Below are positions 36,585 through 46,189 of a DNA stretch of 64,000 nucleotides, in pieces. Source of the DNA: a bacterium (GTDB lineage: Bacteria > Patescibacteriota > Minisyncoccia > Minisyncoccales > JAZDGI01); contig JAZDGI010000013.1 of the NCBI GenBank assembly GCA_043807085.1, positions 1,607 to 65,606 on the forward strand, in the 5' to 3' direction. A program made the translations under genes and the position numbers. Position 1 is the first letter of the stretch. Every line of letters begins with the position of its first letter. The notes below the pieces were generated by a model. That model was given only the letters and a program-made list of their open reading frames with translations, searched no databases and was not told the DNA's origin.

Positions 36585-37820
36585 TTATTTGAGCAAGGGC
36601 TCGGATTGGTAGAGAGAGTTAGAACTTAAAACGTAGAGTTTTTTGTCCGATTCGCTGAAAGATATTTCTGGATCTGGAAAGCTGGCGATATTCCAAAGTT
36701 GAATTCGGTCGCGACTGTTGGTTTCAGTCGCTATAATTTTTTCACCCGCGTTAAATATCAAATAATCCGGATTTAGCCAGAGAACATTGCCGATTTTTTC
36801 TGAAAACCGAGCTAAAAACAATTTTTCTCCGGCTTTTCTTTCTGGGCTGATAAGTATGTCCTGCAGGTAGAAAAGCCAAATTTCGGAATTTGAAGAAAAA
36901 ACCAGCTTTTTTTTGTCGGGAGAAATTTTGATACTTTCCAGCCCGTCAAAAAATTTTTCAAAAATACCCGAGTTTTTATTAAATAAATATAAGGTTTTGT
37001 CCTCTTGCAGGAATAAATAAGCGGAGAACTCTCTTAATTTGTATTCCGTTTCCTGCTTAATCGGGAAGGGTGTTTGGCTTAATTTGGTTTTTTGTTTGAA
37101 AAGATAGCCGGCATCGTCAAGGTAATAAATTTCATCTTCTGAAAGAGTATCGGACGCAGCTTCTTTCAGAAGGGGAGAGGTATTGTCTATTTTCAGGACG
37201 AATTTTTTCTCCTGTTCTTTTGTCCCTACGTAAAGGTAAGCCTCTTTGGAGCCTGGCGACCATTCCAGATTCATCAGATCGGCTCCTTTTGAAGATATGT
37301 CTTTTTCAAAAATAAGATGACTTTTTATATTTGTTTCCAGCGAATACAATTTTAATCCCCAGCTCATAGTTTTGTTAGCTGCGGGTTCATAAATAATGAT
37401 TTTCTTTCCGTCGGGAGAAATCCAAAAATCGTTGGCTGTTTTAGTTATGCTGGCGAATTGAACGTTGGAGGGAAACAGAACAACTCCTTTGGCTTCGGCC
37501 ACTTCTTTTGGTCTGACTTCCATGGTTTTTCGCCAGGACAAAAACCCCTCTTTTTTTATTTCTACAGCGTATGATTTGGGCAAAAGATTTTTAATCAAAA
37601 CAGAGCCGAAGAAAAAATCTGTTTTTTGGACCAATTTTTGATCTAGATAGATTTCGGCTTGCTTTGGATGGGTTTTTATAAAAATGCCGCCAACTTGAGT
37701 AATTATTTTTTTTTGAAAATCAAAGCGATAGCCCTGTGAATGGAAAACAATCGCCGGCGCTATCAGAAAAAACAGAGCCACCATGGTCAAAAAGAGGATT
37801 GTCCGTTTTCTTTTAGTCAT
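36585..37820 (-). CDS. PEGA-domain membrane-anchored protein with a C-terminal beta-rich region.
   Basis: N-terminal transmembrane segment; PEGA-like IKNLLPKSYAVEIKKEGFLSWRKTMEV. Confidence 0.5.
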   Translation of the reverse strand: MTKRKRTILFLTMVALFFLIAPAIVFHSQGYRFDFQKKIITQVGGIFIKTHPKQAEIYLDQKLVQKTDFFFGSVLIKNLLPKSYAVEIKKEGFLSWRKTMEVRPKEVAEAKGVVLFPSNVQFASITKTANDFWISPDGKKIIIYEPAANKTMSWGLKLYSLETNIKSHLIFEKDISSKGADLMNLEWSPGSKEAYLYVGTKEQEKKFVLKIDNTSPLLKEAASDTLSEDEIYYLDDAGYLFKQKTKLSQTPFPIKQETEYKLREFSAYLFLQEDKTLYLFNKNSGIFEKFFDGLESIKISPDKKKLVFSSNSEIWLFYLQDILISPERKAGEKLFLARFSEKIGNVLWLNPDYLIFNAGEKIIATETNSRDRIQLWNIASFPDPEISFSESDKKLYVLSSNSLYQSEPLLK

Positions 37821-37960
37821 TTAGTCATTATAGCAAAAATCGTTTTTGCCACAAAGTTGACAAAGCCCTGACATAGAGCGTCAAGCGCTCGGAACTGATA
37901 TTCATAAAATATCAGCCCCGAGCGCATTTTCTTTTTCCAAAAAATTGTTAGAATAATTAA

Positions 37961-39142
37961 ATGAGTATTTTTCCGAAAATTGAAAAAATTACGAGAGATG
38001 CGACGATATCGCATTTTTTATTGATGTTCGGCTACAAGCTTTACTCTTTTTATTTTCCTTTGTTTTTGGTCGCCAAAGGATTTTCTTTGGCTCAAGTCGG
38101 CTACACCAGTTTTTTAATCTATTTGCCTATTGCTATTTTCGCTCCGATTGCCGGATTTTTGAATCATAAAATAAATCCGGCCGTGCTTTCTTCAATCGGC
38201 ATTGCTGGCTATGGCATCCATGCCGCTGGAATGATTATATTTCCCAATTTTTTATCTTTTTATTTGCTTCAGGTAATTCTTGGAATATCGGCGGCTTTAT
38301 TTTTTGTAAGCTCCAGATCAATGCTAATGGGTTCCCATCTGGAAAATCACGATCAATCTTTCGCTTGGTTTTATTCGGCCAACACTTATGCGGCGGCCGT
38401 GTCGCCGGCTATCGGCGCGGTTTTAATATGGAAGTTCGGCTTTACCGGCGTTTTTATTCTAAGTTTAATTTTCCAGTTATTTAACGCAGTTTTTACTTTT
38501 AGCCGCCGAGGTCAGATTAGTCATCTAAGCAGCGGCATAAAAATAAAAGAAGTAGGCCGCAATTATTTGGACGCCGGCCGCGAGTTGAAAAAGAGAAATG
38601 CGTTGCCGTTTGTTTTGATTTCTTTTTTGGTTTTGGTTTTGGCCGGATTCAACAATACCTTTTTCGTTTTATTTTTAAAAAATCTTGGCTGGTCGCAAAA
38701 CTTAATTTTAGTTTTTAATTCCATTTTGTCTTTGGCCTTTTTGCCGATTTCTTTTTGGATAATCAAGCAAGTCGCCAGATTTAAGAGCGAGTTCAATATC
38801 TCTAGCGGCGGCCAGCTAGCCGGCATTTTCTCGGTTTTGCTGGGCGGACTGGCAGCTCTCCTTAATTTTTATTCCGCTTTTTTGATTATGCTCGGTCAGG
38901 CGGTCGGCGATTTAATATCTAGCTCGGGACGCAGCGGTCTTTTGTCGCTGAGGCTCAAAAAAAATCCGGAAGAATCAGCCGCGATAGACACGATTTTTTC
39001 TCCCTTGGCTACGGCTTTCGGGTCTTTAGCTGGCGGTTTGATCATCGGATTTTTAGGGTTTCCGTTGGTCTTTGTTGCCGGAGGGGTTTTGCTTTTCGGA
39101 GCAGGAACCATTGGCCGGCGATTTGCCAAAAAGCAAAAATAA
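37961..39142 (+). CDS. MFS transporter.
   Basis: 393 aa; about 12 transmembrane segments. Confidence 0.65.
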   Translation: MSIFPKIEKITRDATISHFLLMFGYKLYSFYFPLFLVAKGFSLAQVGYTSFLIYLPIAIFAPIAGFLNHKINPAVLSSIGIAGYGIHAAGMIIFPNFLSFYLLQVILGISAALFFVSSRSMLMGSHLENHDQSFAWFYSANTYAAAVSPAIGAVLIWKFGFTGVFILSLIFQLFNAVFTFSRRGQISHLSSGIKIKEVGRNYLDAGRELKKRNALPFVLISFLVLVLAGFNNTFFVLFLKNLGWSQNLILVFNSILSLAFLPISFWIIKQVARFKSEFNISSGGQLAGIFSVLLGGLAALLNFYSAFLIMLGQAVGDLISSSGRSGLLSLRLKKNPEESAAIDTIFSPLATAFGSLAGGLIIGFLGFPLVFVAGGVLLFGAGTIGRRFAKKQK

Positions 39143-39157
39143 AGCTAAAGTAGAGCC

Positions 39158-40156
39158 ATGAAAATAGGTATTGATTTAGGAACTTGCAACTCTTTAGTTT
39201 TTCTGCCCAAAAAAGGCGTGGTTTTAGAGGAACCGTCGGTTGTGGCAGTGACTATCGCCGAGAACAAGATTCTGGCCGTGGGCCAGCAGGCAAAAGAAAT
39301 GATGGGTAGGACTCCAGACACTATCAGGATTTACCGGCCATTAAGAGACGGCGTTATTGCCGATTTTAGAGTTACCTTGGCGATGATTAAGTATTTTATT
39401 GAAAAAGTTTCCGGCAGTTTCCGGTTCTTAAAACCGGAATTGCTGATCGGCGTGCCAGCCGGCATTACCTCTACAGAAAGAAGGGCGGTGATTGAAGCCG
39501 GGTTAATGGCCGGGGCTAAAGCGGTTTATTTGGTTAAAGAGCCGATTTTGGCCGCTATCGGGGCAGGGGTGCCGATTAATTCGTGTGTTGGCAATATGAT
39601 TGTTGACATTGGCGGCGGAACTTCGGAGGTCGCTGTAATTTCTCTGGGCGGAATAGTTACCTTTCATTCGCTTCGCGTGGCCGGCGACAAAATGGACGCC
39701 GCCATTACCGAATACATCAGAAAAAAACATAATTTAGCCATCGGCGAGCAAACGAGCGAAGATGTAAAGATAAAAATTGGCACGGCATTGCCGGAAAAAG
39801 AAAATAGGGTTTTAGAAATAAGGGGCAGGGATTTGGTGCTTGGCTTGCCTCGTAACATCAAAATTTCTTCCAATGAAATCTGCGAGGCGGTTTCCGACAC
39901 CCTGTCTGAAATCATTCAGGCTGTCAAAATCGTTTTGAGAGAAACGCCGCCAGAGCTTTCCGCCGATATTATGGACAAAGGAATGGTTTTGTCGGGCGGC
40001 GGAAGCTTGTTAAGGAATCTTCCCGCTTTGGTGGCAAAATCCACCGGCGTGCCTTGTTCTTTGGCCGAAGACGCTTTGTTCTGCGTGGCTAAAGGAACTG
40101 GAGCTGTTCTGGAGAACTTGGATATTTATAAAAAGAGCATAATGGTAAAAAAATAA
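39158..40156 (+). CDS. mreB: Actin-like rod-shape protein MreB, paralog 1.
   Basis: IGIDLGTCNS; DIGGGTSEVAVIS; 332 aa. Confidence 0.85.
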   Translation: MKIGIDLGTCNSLVFLPKKGVVLEEPSVVAVTIAENKILAVGQQAKEMMGRTPDTIRIYRPLRDGVIADFRVTLAMIKYFIEKVSGSFRFLKPELLIGVPAGITSTERRAVIEAGLMAGAKAVYLVKEPILAAIGAGVPINSCVGNMIVDIGGGTSEVAVISLGGIVTFHSLRVAGDKMDAAITEYIRKKHNLAIGEQTSEDVKIKIGTALPEKENRVLEIRGRDLVLGLPRNIKISSNEICEAVSDTLSEIIQAVKIVLRETPPELSADIMDKGMVLSGGGSLLRNLPALVAKSTGVPCSLAEDALFCVAKGTGAVLENLDIYKKSIMVKK

Positions 40157-40162
40157 CCTTTT

Positions 40163-41014
40163 GTGGTTTTAGGCCATCAAAAACAACTTCAATTTTTGAA
40201 AAAAAGCGCCGAGTCGGATAGGCTGGCCCATGCCTATCTTTTTTCCGGTCCGGCGCAAATTGGTAAAAAAACAATTGCTAAAGAATGGGCTAGCCGGTTG
40301 CTTGGAGAAAATGTTCAGTCAGCGATTCAGCCCGATTTAATTTTACTTGAGCCAGATCCGGAAAGCGGGGAGATTGAAATCGGCCAAATTCGCGAGCTTA
40401 TCTGGAAGCTATCGTTAAAGCCGGCGGCTGCCGCTTTGAAAGTGGCGATTTTGAACGATTGTCACTTAATGAACCAGCATGCGCAGAACTGTTTCTTGAA
40501 AACGCTTGAAGAACCGAAAGGAGATACGGTTTTGATTTTAGTCACCGACAGGCCTCGGGTTTTACTGCCGACAATCGCTTCTCGTTGCCAGGAAATTAAA
40601 TTTTATCCGGTTGCCAGAAAAGAAATTGACAAATACCTTCTTCAAGCTGGCAAATCAGCTGACATTGCCGAAGAAATCGGCAAAATTGCGGCTGGTTTTC
40701 CCGGCAGGGCAATAGAGTTGGTTGAATTTCCCGAAAAATTAAACGATTATCGGGAAACCATGAAAGACATTGAAAAGATTCTAAATGGCAGTTTAGCCGC
40801 GCGTTTTCAATACGCCCAAAAAACCGCCGATAGAGAAGATTTGCTTGAGGTTTTAAAAATTTGGCTGGCTTATTTCCGCAACAACTTGATTTCCGGGGCT
40901 GGCGATAAGAAAATAAAAAATATCCTTCTGCGAATTCAAAAAATCTTTTTTTTGCTTTCCACCACCAACGTTAGCCGCCGTTTGGCCGTGGAAATTTTGA
41001 TGCTGGAATTGTGA
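40163..41014 (+). CDS. holB: DNA polymerase III delta-prime subunit.
   Basis: AHAYLFSGPAQIGKKT P-loop; 283 aa. Confidence 0.75.
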   Translation: MVLGHQKQLQFLKKSAESDRLAHAYLFSGPAQIGKKTIAKEWASRLLGENVQSAIQPDLILLEPDPESGEIEIGQIRELIWKLSLKPAAAALKVAILNDCHLMNQHAQNCFLKTLEEPKGDTVLILVTDRPRVLLPTIASRCQEIKFYPVARKEIDKYLLQAGKSADIAEEIGKIAAGFPGRAIELVEFPEKLNDYRETMKDIEKILNGSLAARFQYAQKTADREDLLEVLKIWLAYFRNNLISGAGDKKIKNILLRIQKIFFLLSTTNVSRRLAVEILMLEL

Positions 41015-41038
41015 ACTGGTTTTTGTTATATTTAATAT

Positions 41039-41596
41039 ATGACATACAAAGAAATTGTGGATAAAATCAAGCCGGAAATGGATAAAGCTATTGGCTTTTT
41101 GGTTCAAGAAATGGGAAAGATCCGGACTGGTCGGGCTAGTCCTTCTTTAGTTGAAGATGTGGTGGTTGATTGTTTTGGTCAAAAATTTCCCCTTAAGCAA
41201 TTAGCGGCTTTGTCAACGCCCGAACCAAAACAGATTCTAATTCAGCCCTGGGACAAATCTTATATTGAAGGCATTGTCGCGTCTTTGGCTAAAACCGGCG
41301 TTGGAGCCAACGCTATTGTTGATAAAGACGTAATCAGAATAAACCTGCCCTTTTTAACCGAAGAATACCGCAAAGAATTGGCTAGATTGATAGCCGAAAA
41401 ACAGGAAGCCGCCAAAAAAACAATTCGCCACTGGAGAGAGGATTCTTGGTCAGAGCTCCAGACAAGGGAAAGGGCGGGAGAAATCAGGGAAGACGATAAA
41501 TTCAGGGGCAAAGACGAGCTTCAGAAATTAGTTGACGAATACAACAAAAAAGCAGACGAACTGGCCGAGAAAAAGAAAAAAGAGATTTCAGAATAA
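41039..41596 (+). CDS. frr: Ribosome recycling factor.
   Basis: 185 aa; RRF blocks. Confidence 0.9.
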   Translation: MTYKEIVDKIKPEMDKAIGFLVQEMGKIRTGRASPSLVEDVVVDCFGQKFPLKQLAALSTPEPKQILIQPWDKSYIEGIVASLAKTGVGANAIVDKDVIRINLPFLTEEYRKELARLIAEKQEAAKKTIRHWREDSWSELQTRERAGEIREDDKFRGKDELQKLVDEYNKKADELAEKKKKEISE

Positions 41597-41610
41597 GGCG
41601 GCAAAATACA

Positions 41611-42702
41611 ATGGTTATTACAATTGTCATTGCAATTTTTAGCTTAATGGGGTTGGTCGTTCTCCACGAGCTTGGTCATTTTTTATTGGCCAAGAAATTT
41701 GGCGTAAAAGTGGAAGAGTTCGGAATTGGTTTGCCTCCGAGAATTATCGGCAAAAAATTTGGCGATACCGTTTATTCTTTGAATCTTTTACCGGTCGGCG
41801 CTTTTGTTAGGCTTTTTGGCGAGGAAAAAAGAAGCAAAGAGTCCAAAAGCTTTTCTGGCAAGCCGGTTTGGCAGAGAGCTCTGATTGTTGCCAGCGGGGT
41901 AATAACTTTTTGGCTGGTAACCTTTGTTATTCTTTCCGTTTTGGGCGCGACATTAGGCATTCCGTCGGCCGTGGACGACCAGGATCGTCAAAATTTGAAA
42001 AATCCGGTTGTTCAGATAACGGCGGTGGCTAAGAATTCTCCGGCAGAACTAGCCGGGTTGAAAGCCGGAGATATTATAGAGGAACTTAAGACTCAGAATT
42101 CAAAATTCAAAATTGCCAAAGTGAGCGAGCTGCAGGGTTTAACCGAAGAATATAAGGGTCAAGAAATAACCTTGACTATTCAGCGGGGAAAAGAGATATT
42201 TGGCGTTCCTTTAACGCCGCGAGTGTCTCCGCCGACTGGAGAAGGTCAAATAGGCGTTGGCTTAGCCAGAGTGGCCTTTCTTGTTTATCCATGGCATAAA
42301 GCTCCTTTGGGAGGCGCTTTGCTGACAGCCAGAATAACCGGCGATGTTTTTATCGGCTTTGGAAAAATTATCGCTAATTTAACTAAAGGCCAGGGAGTTC
42401 CCGCCGGCTTTCAGGCGGTTGGACCCATAGGTATTTTTGACCAGCTTAAAAACGCTTTTGGCATGGGCTTAAATTACTTTCTTTATTTCGTGGCTGTTAT
42501 TTCCGTTTATCTGGCGATTTTTAATATCCTGCCCATTCCAGCGGTTGACGGGGGAAGATTAATTTTTCTGGGCATTGAAGCTTTAGCTAAAAAACCCGTA
42601 CCCGAAAAGCTTGAAAAAGGCGTTATTTGCGTTTCCTTTTTCATTTTGATCGGCCTTGTGCTTTTTGTTTCTTTCAAAGATATTACAAGAATAATTCAAT
42701 AA
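41611..42702 (+). CDS. rseP: RIP zinc metalloprotease RseP (site-2 protease with a PDZ domain).
   Basis: HELGHF; PDZ-like central domain; LDGG motif. Confidence 0.85.
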   Translation: MVITIVIAIFSLMGLVVLHELGHFLLAKKFGVKVEEFGIGLPPRIIGKKFGDTVYSLNLLPVGAFVRLFGEEKRSKESKSFSGKPVWQRALIVASGVITFWLVTFVILSVLGATLGIPSAVDDQDRQNLKNPVVQITAVAKNSPAELAGLKAGDIIEELKTQNSKFKIAKVSELQGLTEEYKGQEITLTIQRGKEIFGVPLTPRVSPPTGEGQIGVGLARVAFLVYPWHKAPLGGALLTARITGDVFIGFGKIIANLTKGQGVPAGFQAVGPIGIFDQLKNAFGMGLNYFLYFVAVISVYLAIFNILPIPAVDGGRLIFLGIEALAKKPVPEKLEKGVICVSFFILIGLVLFVSFKDITRIIQ

Positions 42703-42703
42703 A

Positions 42704-43924
42704 ATGAGACAGTCGCAGCTTTTCGCCAAAACAAAAAAAGAATTTCCAAAAGACGAAACGAGCGTTAATTCTCAGCTCTTAATTCGGGCTGGCTTTATTG
42801 ATAAATTAATGGCTGGCGTTTATTCATACTTGCCTTTAGGATTGAGGGTTATTAAAAAAATTGAAAATATTGTCAGGGAAGAAATGGTGAATATCGGCGG
42901 CCAGGAAATTTTAATGCCAGCCTTGCAGCCCAAAAACCTCTGGGAAAAAACAGGCAGGTGGCGGTACGAGGAAATGTTCAAATTGAAGAATAGGGAAGAA
43001 AAAGATTTTTCTTTGGGCTGGACGCATGAGGAGGTTATTACTCCTTTGGTTCAAAAGTTCGTTAATTCCTACAAAGATTTGCCAGTTTTCGTTTTTCAGA
43101 TTCAAGATAAATTCAGAGACGAACTGCGGGTAAAATCGGGACTATTGCGAGGCCGCGAGTTTTTAATGAAAGACCTTTATTCTTTTCATAAAGACGAAAA
43201 AGACCTGGACGATTATTACGAAAAGGTAAGGAGGGCCTATTTTAAAGTTTTTGCCAGATGCGGATTAAAAAAGCAAACTTTTTTGACCTTAGCCTCGGGC
43301 GGTACTTTTAGCAAATACTCTCACGAATTTCAGACTATTACTTCGGCTGGCGAGGACGAGATTTATCTCTGTCCCAAATGCCAGATTGCCATAAATAAAG
43401 AAATTATTGAAACAGAAAAGCATGCTTGTTCAAATTGTCAAAGTAAAGATTTAGAAATCAAAAAAGCGGTTGAGGTTGGAAATATATTTAAACTCAAAGA
43501 GAAATACACCCAAGCTTTTGATTTTAGATTTAAAGACGAATTCGGAGAGGAAAAAAATGTTTTGATGGGCTGTTACGGAATAGGTCTTGGCCGGCTGATG
43601 GGCGCGATCGTTGAGATTCATCATGACGAAAAGGGGATTATCTGGCCGGAAGAAGTCGCGCCTTTTCGGGTGCATCTTATTGAGATTAAAGTTTCAGCTA
43701 AAAAAATATATGACGAGTTAATCAAGTCGGGAGTTGAAGTATTATACGACGATAGAGATAAAACGGCCGGGGAAAAATTCGCTGAAGCTGATTTAATCGG
43801 ACTTCCGACAAGAATTGTGGCAAGCGAGAGAACGTTGGAGAAAGATTCGGTTGAATTAAAGCAAAGGAACAGCCAAAAAGCCAAGCTGATTAAAATTAAG
43901 AGCTTAAAAAATATAATTCGCTAA
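42704..43924 (+). CDS. proS: Prolyl-tRNA synthetase, compact form (406 aa) without an editing insertion.
   Basis: Class II motifs; ProRS catalytic core. Confidence 0.8.
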   Translation: MRQSQLFAKTKKEFPKDETSVNSQLLIRAGFIDKLMAGVYSYLPLGLRVIKKIENIVREEMVNIGGQEILMPALQPKNLWEKTGRWRYEEMFKLKNREEKDFSLGWTHEEVITPLVQKFVNSYKDLPVFVFQIQDKFRDELRVKSGLLRGREFLMKDLYSFHKDEKDLDDYYEKVRRAYFKVFARCGLKKQTFLTLASGGTFSKYSHEFQTITSAGEDEIYLCPKCQIAINKEIIETEKHACSNCQSKDLEIKKAVEVGNIFKLKEKYTQAFDFRFKDEFGEEKNVLMGCYGIGLGRLMGAIVEIHHDEKGIIWPEEVAPFRVHLIEIKVSAKKIYDELIKSGVEVLYDDRDKTAGEKFAEADLIGLPTRIVASERTLEKDSVELKQRNSQKAKLIKIKSLKNIIR

Positions 43925-43927
43925 TTT

Positions 43928-44980
43928 ATGCTGGAAAAATTCTTAAGATTGTTTTCCGAGGATGTCGCCATTGACTTGGGTACGGCCAATTCTTTGGTTT
44001 ATGTTTCGGGCCGAGGAATCGTTATTCAGGAGCCCTCGGTAGTGGCAGTAAACCAAAAAACAGGACAGGTTTTGGCTATTGGCGTTGAGGCAAAAAAAAT
44101 GGTGGGCCGGACCCCCAGTCACATTGTTGCCACCAGGCCATTGAGATCGGGCGTGGTTTCCGATTTTGAAGTGACCGAGCAGATGCTGAGATATTTTATT
44201 GAGAAGTCCTGCAAGAAAAAATTTTTTATAAACTCAAGACCCAGGGTAATCATTGGCATTCCTTATGGAGTGACTGAGGTGGAGAAAAAAGCGGTAATAG
44301 ACGCGGGAATGTCGGCAGGAGCCAGGGAGGTTTTTTTGATAGAAGAACCTATGGCCGCGGCCATAGGTTCAAGGCTGCCTGTGCAGGATGCCGGCGGAAA
44401 TTTTATTGTTGACATCGGAGGAGGAACGACCGAAGTGGCAATAATCTCGCTGGGCGGCATTGTTTTGGCAAAAAGCCTAAGAATTGCCGGAGATAAACTA
44501 AATGAAGATATCGTGCAATACGCCCAAGAAGAATATAAATTGCTGATAGGAGAGCGAACAGCCGAAGCGATTAAAATCGGCATTGGTTCGGCTTATCCTC
44601 TGAAGGAAAAGAGAGAAATTCCGATGCGCGGCCGCAATTTGGTTACCGGCTTGCCGGAGGAGATAATCGTTTCCGACAACGATATCCGCCAGGCTATGGA
44701 AAAGTCAGTCAAGCAGATTGTTGAGGAGATAAAAATGGCTGTTGAAGAAACTCCGCCCGAGCTTTTGGCCGACATTATGGTTGACGGAATTCATCTTTCA
44801 GGCGGCGGTTCTTTGTTGCGCGGTTTGAGCACCTTGATTCAGAAAGAAACCAAAATTCCCACTAAGGTTATTGAAGACCCAATGACCGCCGTGGTCAGGG
44901 GAGCTGGCGTGGTGCTGGAGAATTTAGACGAGCTGGAAGAAGTATTAGTGGAGACAGAAGAATTAGAACCGCCAAAGTAA
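43928..44980 (+). CDS. mreB: Actin-like protein MreB, paralog 2.
   Basis: AIDLGTANS; DIGGGTTEVAIIS; 350 aa. Confidence 0.85.
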   Translation: MLEKFLRLFSEDVAIDLGTANSLVYVSGRGIVIQEPSVVAVNQKTGQVLAIGVEAKKMVGRTPSHIVATRPLRSGVVSDFEVTEQMLRYFIEKSCKKKFFINSRPRVIIGIPYGVTEVEKKAVIDAGMSAGAREVFLIEEPMAAAIGSRLPVQDAGGNFIVDIGGGTTEVAIISLGGIVLAKSLRIAGDKLNEDIVQYAQEEYKLLIGERTAEAIKIGIGSAYPLKEKREIPMRGRNLVTGLPEEIIVSDNDIRQAMEKSVKQIVEEIKMAVEETPPELLADIMVDGIHLSGGGSLLRGLSTLIQKETKIPTKVIEDPMTAVVRGAGVVLENLDELEEVLVETEELEPPK

Positions 44981-44984
44981 AAAT

Positions 44985-45239
44985 ATGCTATCAAAACAAG
45001 AAGTCCAACATATTGCCAAGTTAGCCCGGCTGGGCTTGACTGAAAAAGAAATTGAGAAGTTTCAAAAGGACTTGTCACAAATTTTGAATTATGTTGAAAA
45101 ATTAAAAGAAGTTGACGTTGAAGAGATAGAGCCGACCAGTCATTCGGTGGTGGTGGAAAATATAACTAGAAAAGACGAATCTTTTAAATTTAACAAGAAA
45201 CTTATCGAAGGTTATTTAAAAGTAAAATCTGTTTTTTAA
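44985..45239 (+). CDS. gatC: Asp/Glu-tRNA(Asn/Gln) amidotransferase subunit C.
   Basis: 84 aa; HIAKLARL. Confidence 0.85.
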   Translation: MLSKQEVQHIAKLARLGLTEKEIEKFQKDLSQILNYVEKLKEVDVEEIEPTSHSVVVENITRKDESFKFNKKLIEGYLKVKSVF

Positions 45240-45407
45240 CGCTAAAAAAGAGGGGCTACCAAACTATGGATAGCCATATGATTGCTGAGGGAGAAGAACT
45301 CTTCTCCTCCCTCAGCCCGGGGGGGTCAGCGCAGGAATAATGGAAACTTTCCTTTCATCAACCTCCTTTCTCGCGCTCAAGCCAAGTTTTAAGTGGATAA
45401 CTTTGAT

Positions 45408-46175
45408 GTTAGACATCGGATGTCTAACATACTACAATAAAGCATATGATAAGAAAAATTCAATTTACTCCAGGCTCGTATTATCACATCTATAACAGAA
45501 GTAATGACGAACGGTCGATATTCCTTGATGAAAAAGACTATGCCCGATTTCTGTTTTTAATTCTTTTTTACCAAGCGTCAGTTCCCCTTTATAATCTTGG
45601 CCTCCAGACCTCTTATTTTGTTAAACATTCAATGTTTAATATATCTGCAAAAACTCTTCAAAATATAATAATGGCAAGAAGAGTAGAGCTTAATTCTTTT
45701 GCAATAATGCCCAATCATTTTCACCTCTTTTTGCAAGAAAAAGATAAAAAAGGAATTTCTTTCTATCTTCAACGAATCCAAAATGGATACGCGAAATATT
45801 TTAATGCAAAACACGCGAAAAGGGGACATCTCTTCCAGGGCGCTTTCCGCGCCGTCCCCGTAGAAACAGACGAGCAACTTCTCTATCTCTCGGCGTACAT
45901 TCATCGTAATCCAAGAGAAATAGCGGAATGGAAAGATAAAGAAGCAAAATACCCGTGGTCTAGTTATCAAGATTTCATCGGAAAGAATCGTTGGAATGAA
46001 CTTTTAAGACCAAACATTATTCTTGATCACTTTTCTGGCGCCAAGGATTATTACGAATTTGTAGAAACAAGTACTGCGAAAATAAAACCCAGCGAGCTTA
46101 AAACATTCGCTAAAGACTTTTTTCTTGAGGATGTTAGACATCGGATGTCTAACATATCATCGGATGTCTAACATA
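45408..46175 (+). mobile_element. REP-associated tyrosine transposase unit: RAYT gene flanked by perfect REP palindromes (gttagacatcggatgtctaac).
   Basis: The identical 21-bp palindrome occurs at 45408-45428 and 46133-46153, with an extra partial copy at 46158-46174. The unit lies between gatC and gatA. Confidence 0.75.
45446..46171 (+). CDS. REP-associated tyrosine transposase (IS200/IS605-like Y1 HUH transposase).
   Basis: HUH motif NHFHLFL; catalytic Tyr in SAYIHRNP; 241 aa. The 3' end reads through the REP copies. Confidence 0.8.
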   Translation: MIRKIQFTPGSYYHIYNRSNDERSIFLDEKDYARFLFLILFYQASVPLYNLGLQTSYFVKHSMFNISAKTLQNIIMARRVELNSFAIMPNHFHLFLQEKDKKGISFYLQRIQNGYAKYFNAKHAKRGHLFQGAFRAVPVETDEQLLYLSAYIHRNPREIAEWKDKEAKYPWSSYQDFIGKNRWNELLRPNIILDHFSGAKDYYEFVETSTAKIKPSELKTFAKDFFLEDVRHRMSNISSDV

Positions 46176-46189
46176 TCAAAATTAATTCT

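Noticed and set aside
45408-46175. Possibility that the repeated palindromes form a CRISPR array.
   Set aside because: Only 2-3 copies; the units are self-complementary palindromes (REP-like) flanking a transposase gene, not direct repeats with unique spacers; no cas genes.
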